64,000 bases of DNA from Amoebophrya sp. A120 (Eukaryota > Protista > Dinoflagellata): assembly GCA_905178155.1 (NCBI GenBank), contig CAJINV010000020.1, positions 1,240,001 through 1,304,000 of the forward strand, given 5' to 3'. Below, one piece after another: positions 51,143 to 59,937 of the stretch. Below the pieces are notes generated by a model, which was given only the letters and a program-made list of their open reading frames with translations, was not told where the DNA came from and searched no databases. Every line of letters starts with the position of its first letter. The first letter of the stretch is position 1. The translations under genes were made by a program, and so were the position numbers.

Positions 51143-52090
51143 GTTCTTCGTTGTGTTCTATTGGGGAGGTTCCTTCTGATTCAGTTGTAAGGTCGTACGG
51201 CGCTTATGGTTTCGTAGTCCTTTCTTCCTTTCGATTGAATACTGAGGGTAATTCATATGTAGTTCGACAACTATCAGCAGCTACAAATTCAACAATGTCC
51301 GTCCCATCTCCTGAAATTCGTACTGACTGAGGTGTGTCGCTAGTGATGCGTGTTGAGGTTTGAAGCAAGTGGATTCTAATCGATAATCGGATCTTTTGTA
51401 CGGTTTCCAACGGATCCTGTCAACATCCTCCCCTATAACTTCTTGGATGGCAGCGACAGGTACAAGAACGGGAAAGGACTCTTTAATTTGATAAAATGAT
51501 AAAATGATGTTGATCCAAATGTTGGCGGGGCTATTTGCATCATGCCCTCTGAGCGTAGATTTGGAACAACAGCGACTTCTTGATGCACAAGTTCAAATGC
51601 AACGAGTGCTGGGTACTAGATAATGATCGAATGTGAACTTCAGGAGCATACCTGGGTTTTTTTCTGTTCTTCGACACTACCACGTAGACTTTTTCGCCAT
51701 TTCTGAGCAGAGGATCGTTACTATCACTTCATCATGCGCGTACGTCAGTCTGAATGTGCATTATGCTCATGCGGGCGTGCGGGATCGAAAAAAACTTCTC
51801 ACTGGTAGCGTTTTTCATTTTTTTATGTGTGGACTGTGACAGTCGTGCCTCTATACGATGGCCCTGACGCGTTTGACGAGCTTCACGTGAACTATCTATG
51901 TGTTGCTCCTGATGCCGTCTGTGATGCTAAGTTGTTGACTCTACCTGTTTGGTGTGTTTCGTAATTTTTGCGCCTTTCCCTCGTTGTCGTTGCCGCGGGG
52001 TGCCTTCTCGCTTTGCGAAACTGCGTTATTTCGACGAATACGCAAAAAACCCTCCGACTTGTTCTGCAGTGGACATTATCTTCATTGCCG

Positions 52091-54712
52091 TCACCTGCTA
52101 GTACCTGCGGCTGCTAGACCTTTAACTGCGTCAAGCAAATTCTCGATATCTCGCTTCCCCACGAAGAAGAGCGAGTCTGAGCGGGCCCCTTGCACGATCC
52201 GCGGGTGGTACCCCTTGACAAGATTATCCATGTCGGAGATGCGGAACAGAACTTTGAGCAGCATCTCCAAGCTTTGCCTCTTGATTCCGGGTTCCGCGCC
52301 AGATAGTCCTGTTGCGCCCTTGTTGGACAATGACGTCCACAACGCATCCCTGGTGGCAGGAGCTGTGACATTCGCTTTCATCGCATCAGCCTCTGTATTT
52401 CCCTGAATAGTTTTCTCGTCGGATGAAGAAAACGCTGCGCGTACAAGCGACTCGAGAATGAAGCGCATCGATCGGACATCCATTTTCCTGCCCAAAGTCG
52501 GGGCCTTGCTAGCCGCAACTGCCATCGTGCTCTCATCTGGACGACCAAGAAATGGGACAAGACCTTCGTTGGGCATTGTGATCATACTGCTTTCGCAATC
52601 CACTCCTCCAACGAGCCGCGCGACGTTCCTTGTCAAATCGAGTTCGCCAATCTTTCCCCTCATTGGCAACACGCGCTTGGGCTGCGCCAAATCCGGCCTC
52701 CCAGGCCCGTTCAAAAAAGTTTGAAAAGTTCCGGTGCGAAGACGGTAGGCGTGGACCGCCAGTCCGGGTCCGATGAAAAACAAGTGATCCTTTCTTCGAC
52801 TGGGGTTGTGAACCAGAAAGCGCTGGTACGGGTGCCCGCAGGGTCCGGTGACGCAGCACTGCTGGGTTTCCAGTCGTGGATAGTACGAGAAGGACCCGCC
52901 CAGGGATTTTTTCTCCTGTTCTTGATGTTGAAAGTACTTCCTCACCACCTTCGCAGGGTCAGTAGTCTGGAAAAATACGTCGACATTTTTCGGGTGCAAT
53001 TTGGTCACTGTTGAAACACTTTTCACATCGTCCCCTGCTTCTTCTATCAGCATCTTTTTCACTGTCTCGTTGATCTTCTTATCCAGCCCCAAATTTCCAA
53101 CACAACAGCCGCCCGCCACATTATGCGCTGCTCTTTCTGCTTGCGGAAAACGGTCCGAGCCGACCAAAACCAAATCCTTGACCACACCCTTGAAATACCG
53201 GTAGTTGCAGACAAAGAAAATCTCGCTCGGATCAAACTTCACCCCGTAGGTTCCCGCGTGGTGGGGCAGAAGAAGGGCGAAGCCACCTGAAGCGTGTCTT
53301 TGGAGGTTTTTCGCGAAGGATTTTATTAGGGTGGATGCAAGTCCGCGTTGAGGAGAAGCTGAAGCAGAAGTTGAAAGCGACGGCGCTGTTGTCCTTGTGT
53401 CTGAAGATGAAGAAGCAGAGCTTGAGTTGGAATATTTTTCCATGCCTTTTCCATGATTTTCCATTAGAAGCTCGGTTTTGACGCCATCAACCAGTGCTTG
53501 TTCGATATCAGTCGAGGACCAAGCGATTCCTGGCCGACCTGAAACGAGTCTGTTCAACGTCCTCGTAGGCGGTATCTCTGTATTCCGAAATAGCGCGTCA
53601 GTGATGTTCATGTTTCTCCATCTCGTTTCATCGTCGATGAAAATGTTTTCATGATTTCGAGAACCACCCGCAGCTGCACTCGCACGACCTTTTACCAAAG
53701 GATCATCACGATCATCAAGCTTGTGATACAAAACCGCCAGCTTCGCCAGGCTCTTGAAATTCACCGTGTGCGAGAAGAGCATATCCGGCCTGGAATACAC
53801 CAGCACGTCCCCTGGGCTGCGTGGAATCCTGTGTGCCCGCGATACTGCCTCCATTAGTGTATAGGCGTTTGTCTCGGGGTCGGCACGTGTGTCCGAAAGT
53901 TGCTCGTTCACGGCATAGGCAAAATTCACGTAGGATGTTGTAGCTTTCTTGTTCTCAAGTTGTAGACCAAGCTGCTTCCCGGCTTGTGAAAGGTGACGAC
54001 GCGGCGGCGCACTTGTCGGTCCACTGGAAGCGATCTTCTTTTGAAACTTCTGGAAATCTTTATCGCTCTGCAACTTCTGTATCCTTTCCGTCACACTGAT
54101 TTTCTGCAACCCCTCCCCGTTCCGCTTTCCCCACCAGGCGGATCCATTCGCCTCGATTTTTTCCCGCACGGTTAGAATTACAAAAAAGCACGGCGCAGAT
54201 TGCACGAAGCTCAGAAAGTTCGGCAGTTTCTTGTCGAAGGTCCGGAAGTGCCCGGAGAGGAGGAAATAGGTGATGGAGTGTTCCCGTTTATGGCATTGAT
54301 TGTAGTCACCAACGTTCACCGCCTTGAACTTCGACACTTTTTCGGGGTTCCAAAGCTCTTTGGCCGTGGACAGGAAGGCAGCTTCCGCTTGGGCTTTCCT
54401 GGAGGCAGTTTCTTGTGGGGGAAGTTCTTGGTCAGCGGTTCCGACAGAAGAAGCAGGATTAGATGATCGGCTAACATCATCAACCGTTGTACTTTGCTTC
54501 GCAGTGGTCGTCGAAGATGGTGCAGAACTCGACGCAGAAATTTTTGTTTTTTGCTGTGCCGCTGGTTTTTGATTTTCGCTAAAGACGGCACAAAGTAGCG
54601 AATCATACCTCCAAGAATCCCCCGCCCGGGCGTCGTACGGCCAAAAGCAAAATACGAACAGAAACACAAAGGACAAAAGTGCAACGACAGAGAAGTTATT
54701 TGCTAGAGACAT
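52091..54712 (-). CDS. Secreted or type II membrane protein, possibly glycosyltransferase-like
   Basis: ORF of about 870 codons; N-terminal hydrophobic VVALLSFVFLFVFCFW followed by an S/T-rich stem; motifs LLSGHFRTF and VYSRPDMLF. The function is an inference. Confidence 0.65.
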   Translation of the reverse strand: MSLANNFSVVALLSFVFLFVFCFWPYDARAGDSWRYDSLLCAVFSENQKPAAQQKTKISASSSAPSSTTTAKQSTTVDDVSRSSNPASSVGTADQELPPQETASRKAQAEAAFLSTAKELWNPEKVSKFKAVNVGDYNQCHKREHSITYFLLSGHFRTFDKKLPNFLSFVQSAPCFFVILTVREKIEANGSAWWGKRNGEGLQKISVTERIQKLQSDKDFQKFQKKIASSGPTSAPPRRHLSQAGKQLGLQLENKKATTSYVNFAYAVNEQLSDTRADPETNAYTLMEAVSRAHRIPRSPGDVLVYSRPDMLFSHTVNFKSLAKLAVLYHKLDDRDDPLVKGRASAAAGGSRNHENIFIDDETRWRNMNITDALFRNTEIPPTRTLNRLVSGRPGIAWSSTDIEQALVDGVKTELLMENHGKGMEKYSNSSSASSSSDTRTTAPSLSTSASASPQRGLASTLIKSFAKNLQRHASGGFALLLPHHAGTYGVKFDPSEIFFVCNYRYFKGVVKDLVLVGSDRFPQAERAAHNVAGGCCVGNLGLDKKINETVKKMLIEEAGDDVKSVSTVTKLHPKNVDVFFQTTDPAKVVRKYFQHQEQEKKSLGGSFSYYPRLETQQCCVTGPCGHPYQRFLVHNPSRRKDHLFFIGPGLAVHAYRLRTGTFQTFLNGPGRPDLAQPKRVLPMRGKIGELDLTRNVARLVGGVDCESSMITMPNEGLVPFLGRPDESTMAVAASKAPTLGRKMDVRSMRFILESLVRAAFSSSDEKTIQGNTEADAMKANVTAPATRDALWTSLSNKGATGLSGAEPGIKRQSLEMLLKVLFRISDMDNLVKGYHPRIVQGARSDSLFFVGKRDIENLLDAVKGLAAAGTSR

Positions 54713-55603
54713 CTTGAGCAGAGGTGAAACTGATACTGAAAGCAAAGGTTGTGAAGAAGCGTGCTAAACAACGAAACAATAGGAATAGCTAGATCAATCA
54801 CTTTAGTCCGCGGGTTTGTAGTAGTAAAGATCGTCAACATCGCAGAAGTTCCAACATCCACATCCAAATCCAATTGAAGACGGGCCGCTCCGACGCCGGG
54901 CATAAGATCATGCTTATCTGCATTCCTCGATCGACACTGAAATCGCAGAAGTCGACCAAACAGGACATACTAGCTGCACCATTGTCCGAACATAAAGGGA
55001 GATTCTTCCGCTGCATCGGAGTTGACCTTCAGGCATCGTGATATTAGACAAGCTCTCGTTCTTCGGAATTTTCATCTATCACAAAATCTTTTATCTTAGC
55101 TCAACACGCGATGGAGATGGTTGGAAAGCAACAACACCCACTATATTTAGGTGCTCCCTGATAAATTTATCTCCGGTTATCAAAGCTCGCTCTTTCATCA
55201 GATATCTCGACTAGTCTTAGCACCACAATTGAAAAGCAGAAGCGCGGCAGGTGAATTTTTCCAGCGATATCAGTGATATCGACATCAGCTGCTACCACAT
55301 GCACCAGATCAGCTCTGTAGGGGTATTTTTCCCTCAATCTAGTGCCTGTCAAGGCATACAAACATCGACACTTTGACTTTGTTTGAAATCTACTTCACGA
55401 AGGAAATATAACTGAAAGAAGTTGAAGTAATATCGCAAGTACATCAATTTCAATTTAGTGTAGAATCGAAGCGCAATTGAAAGTGAAAAACCCGAAATCG
55501 ATAATTTTTTCACAATGCTATCAAGTAGACGTCAAGAAGAAACTCACGATAAAAAATCTTTTCGTCCCACTTCAAGTTCAAACATATTCTAGACTTGCGA
55601 TAA

Positions 55604-56758
55604 TCAGCTCTGCCAATCGCCGGCATCGTACTTCTGCTTCGTTCCCCATCGCTGCTTCGGCGGCGGCAGCATCTGCCCGCCCACGCCGCGCGTCCACCCG
55701 GGGGGCAGCTTTTTGTGCTTCACTGCACTGCCGGTGGAGGAGACTCCTGCGCCAGAGGTTAGCTGCTGTTGCTGCGACGGCGCCCCGCCCCGGGTTCGGT
55801 TGGCGTTGCCCTGTAAACCGCGGGCGCGCTCCAGCCGCTCGACGATCTTCACGTTCTCCTGGTGCACCCGCTGCTCCTCGCGCTGACGGTTGATGGCCAC
55901 GGAAGACATCTTCGGCGCCTGCAGGCTTGGCGGCACGCCGCGGCTCGTCGAGCCTGGCAGAAACACAGAAGAAAAGATTGTTGCACGACAGTTGCAACAC
56001 TAGCTACTGGAAACGGGTGAGGAACAACGGAAGCTACAGCAAAACGCTTTTCCATACAGCACGAAAGTCTACCAGAACCATGCTACACAATAAATAACAA
56101 CGCCTACTGGTCGACGTATCATTTTCATGCCAAAATTCAAATTATGAAGTAGTGAAAAACGCAGTAGGTCCTCAAATACCTTTCCCCCCGCCCGCGGTGA
56201 TTCCCGATCTCGGGTCTCGCTCCTTGATCGCTACCAACTTGTTGAGCAACCTTTTGTTGCCCTTGTTGATGTCGTCGATTTGGTTTTTGTCGTGACTCCA
56301 GTCCACATGTCCCGCCGGTTTTGCCTGCTGTCGCCCCGCGCCCTTCCCATCGGTCGCGGGCCCGGAGGAGGAGCCACCGGAGCCTTGGGTAGTGGTGGAC
56401 ACACCCGCTCCACCCCGACCACGGCCTGCTCCTTTCGCGCCCGGGTGCCCGTACTGCTGCTGTGCGTTTTCGGCCTCCGATATCCACAGTAAATTTGCAG
56501 TACACGTACAAATGCTGTCTCTAGTACATGACAAAATTTATTACCTTCAATCTTAGTCAGCATGACAAGTTTGACACTCAAAGTTGGAGAAGTTTGTGAT
56601 GCGTTTTGTACATGTACGGGAAATTTGTATTGCATATCCGCAATCAGCGCCTTCAGCTTCTCGTTCAACTCTTGGGCCCGGAGAAATTCGCGCTCCTCCT
56701 CAGAATCCAGGTCGTCGTCGACCTGGTGCGCCGCAGTGACGCTCGTGGGGTTCTGCAT
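55604..56758 (-). CDS. CFAP97/hemingway-like (KIAA1430 domain) flagellar protein; introner at about 56479-56639 and GT-AG intron 55954-56179
   Basis: IDDINKGNKRLLNKLVAI and SSVAINRQREEQRVHQENVKIVERLERAR match the two halves of the CFAP97 domain. Joins LIA|EAEN and GKG|STS are in frame. Confidence 0.75.
56481..56636. mobile_element. Introner, family G (156 bp; family-A-like interior, different TIR)
   Basis: TIR tatccacagtAAATTTgcaGTACAcGTACAAA / TTTGTACaTGTACgggAAATTTgtattgcata. TSD tccga / tccgc. Excision is in frame. Confidence 0.88.
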
Positions 56759-57449
56759 CTTCTGTAGTTCTTGCGGAAGTTTTTCCGTATTCCTAGGTCC
56801 TACACCTACGTGTTGTTGAAGATTTCACTGGTGGAAGTGCGGCTTGTACTGGTAGATGGAACGAAGAGATTAAACTTACACTTAGAGCGAACTCCCAGAT
56901 GAGAAAGCCAATCTCGAATGCAGCGTGTGGAGGCTCTTGGTCTTGGTCTAGTACTTACTCGCAGGTCATGAAATAACTGGTTCATCGACTACAACGAAAA
57001 ACATCAATCCGACGTCAACAACTCTACCTCGAACTCGAAGAGAAAAACAACGCAAACGCGGCGGGCAGAGATAAAGATAAACCACACCTCCGCTCTAAAG
57101 TTCTCTTATCCGAAAACGAGCAGGACTCATCGACAAAGACGAACAACACAAAGCCAAAGGTCGTTTTCTCTTCTTCGCGATTGATTCAAAAAACAATCGA
57201 GAACCGAGAATGCGCAGAGTGCAATTTTTAGATATTACGACGCTCTTTCAGATTCAGACTTGCTTCCTTTGCCTCTTCAGCAACATCGTATATATTCACT
57301 TACACTCTATTCCATGCATCTTACATTGATTTTCACTACAAGGCAAGCACAGAAATGCTAAATACAAGTAGGCGAATTTCTACATTACATACAGTTCGTT
57401 TACCTTTGGAAACAAGAAGAACATACTTTCAATCATGTATTTGCTGCAC

Positions 57450-59296
57450 TCACGCTACCAAAACACTTGTTCCTTCGCCAGCACTACTAGCGGGTACTAT
57501 TTTGAAGTTGAACCTTGCGTGCAGGAGCTCGGTGTCGATGCTCTGTTGCGTTTTCTTGGCATCCAATACGTAGTCCACGACCTCTTTGGCGCGGTACAGC
57601 TTCTCAACGTCGTACTGAATCTCCGAGTCGTCCTTTTTCAGGACGGCCAGACTCCGCAGAATCCCGCCAAGCTCGTCGCGAAGCTCGGCGAGGACCTGGA
57701 AATGAATAAGAAGAGGCATCGACATGTATAAAGGTCGCGGGGCGCTACTGGTATACCAAGTGCGTGCGTGGACATCTTTCTAACCAGCGCGAAGGTCCAC
57801 CAGCCTTTTGCTTTTTCTAACATCGCCGCGCGCCGCACGGCAGTCGACGCAAACGAGAACAAGTGCCATCTATTGGAGAGCCGCCCCTTCTTCTTGAGCC
57901 GCGGGCCGCAGATTGCGGTTGCGGCCGCGAGCACAACCGCGGCCCGCGACTGAAGAAGAAGACGTCGAAGACATCCCGGGCCCCACAACCTCCCCGCGGA
58001 CCGACAGCTAAGTAGTGTCGTCCGCGGCGGCCCGCAGGCTCCTGCTGAGATAAGCATTGCGTTCGAAATCCGGCGAACTCGCAGCGGGGCATCCTTTCGA
58101 GGCCCCTGCAAACAAAGTAGCTTTTCTCGAGGCCACTATGCCGTCGCGCGTAACGTTATGCACGAGGGCATACTGGCCAGGGAAGGTGCGCAAATTCCAA
58201 GAACAAGTTGCACAATTCCGTCATTTGCGGCAGCCCGCCTTTGTGGCTGCCCAAATTGCGCATTTTCCCTCGGGGTGCTCCGCACTCTCCCGCCAAGCCC
58301 TTCCAGAAGCTCGGCGAGCAACTGATAATAAATCGATACTTTAGCCTGTCTTGGCGGAATGGCATCTTCGGCATGTATCATCTATGGTTGAGCAGATGCA
58401 GATCGTCCGCATTCATCGAAAGAGAAAACGGTGTCGCTTCATCTTCTTCTCGGTCTTTTACAAAACTCTTCAGATCATGCACGCACATCCACATGCTTTC
58501 GTCAAACTTCGTACTTTCAGATGAGCATCTGTGGGATCGATCATTTAGTATCTGAGGCCGGAAATGCTTTCATGCGTGATGTCTCCGACAGCCGAAGTCG
58601 TACGCATGTGCCGCGTGTTCTTTGTTCAGTCGCAATGTTGCAAATGTTTGTTATTGTTGCATTAAAAACCTGCATCCACAATCCGAATGCAACTATTTTT
58701 CGCGTTTATCAAATACCTGTGCCGCTACATCTTGGTTTCGTTTTTGCTTCAGCGCTCGATTCCTACCCGATTTCAGCTCCGTCTCCGTGCGCTGCTTCAG
58801 TTTTTGCTTTCGCTGAATCGCTTCTTTTATGCAGTGCAAAAGTATCTATCGTAGTCGTACTCGTGCTTCTAATTGCAAATATGCATGACAAATCTTCCTC
58901 CTAAAGTAAAACAGCATTACAAATTCCACTTTTCTTCTTGCGAAAATTTGTATATGCAATTTATACTAGTACGATACTTTTGCGATGCATATCTTCCAAG
59001 CGAATCCGGATCTCCTGCAGGTCCGTTAACTGCTTCAGAATATCGATGCGCTCGCTTTCGATGCCGCGGATCTCGGTCTCGCTCTCCTCGACCAGCTCCG
59101 TCACGGCGTTTTTGATCTGCTCGTCCAGGCCCTGGATGCGGTCCTGCAGCGCGTGCTTGTACTCCGCAACTTTGCTGTGCAACTTCTCACTGACCGTCTT
59201 CTCCCGGTGCACCGCTGCGAGAAGCTCGTGGTCCTGCGGAATCTTGCTGGTCGCGTCCCAGGTTGGAGGTGGGACCGTGGCTCCTGCGGTCAACAT
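57450..59296 (-). CDS. Tektin-like coiled-coil protein; introner at about 58826-58994 and GT-AG intron 57696-58716
   Basis: Coiled coil throughout. Joins RLE|EAIQRK and QDVAAQ|VLAELRDEL are in frame. C-terminal LYRAKEVVDYVLDAKKTQQSID resembles the tektin L..LE.DI..K...L.ID motif. Confidence 0.6.
57730..58330. other. GC-rich island inside a 1-kb intron
   Basis: Local GC jump with no credible ORF; same style as the islands at 36.6-38.6 kb and 41.4-43.6 kb. Confidence 0.45.
58828..58991. mobile_element. Introner, family A (164 bp; about 8-bp insertion in left TIR)
   Basis: TATGCAgTGCAAAAGTATC / GATACTTTTGCgaTGCATA. TSD tcttt / tcttc. Excision is in frame. Confidence 0.92.
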
Positions 59297-59937
59297 CGCA
59301 GTGGGCGGGGCGAATCTTCACAAAGAAGTTAAAGGACACGGACAATGTGGAGGCAATTAATAAAAAGCCTTACTCCACGTTTTCTCTCTGTTGACCACGT
59401 CAAGGTCGTTTAAACGAATATCAAGATGAACAACGGCACTCGCAGGTAATACAAATACTCTTTTTCCCTCGGTTGTAGTTCGTGTTCATGTCTCTTCCGT
59501 ATACGTGTCACAACTAATTCGTCTTCTACCCTCACCCAAGTCATCCCCCACTCACTGAAATGAACGTTGACCAGCGTACTACGAGCTTGCTTCAGAGCAA
59601 AGAGAAAGAACATGAACAACCAATTTTCTGCGCCGGTGGGGCTCGTGCATGTAACATCGTTAAACGGAAGCGAAACGAATAACTTTTTTTCGCATAATTT
59701 TTTTCAAGAATGAATGGGATGGTACTAGTTGCCTGCCGATTGAGATAGAGATTGATAGATAGTACGTAGTCAGAGTTTATTCTTAAGTATTCTTTTTGTT
59801 TCTTTTATTGAAGCACCTAGGACGCGGCGGAGCTTTTTCGCAGCTACCATCTTTAATATAGGGTTTCTTTGCGTTTGCCCGCCTTTTGTTCATTGTTCCA
59901 CATTCCCGTCGTCTTGCTCTTGTCCCATCCCGACCTC

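Noticed and set aside
58380-58552. Extra exon in the tektin-like gene
   Set aside because: The frame after the AG ends in a stop, and skipping it gives a continuous tektin-like sequence.
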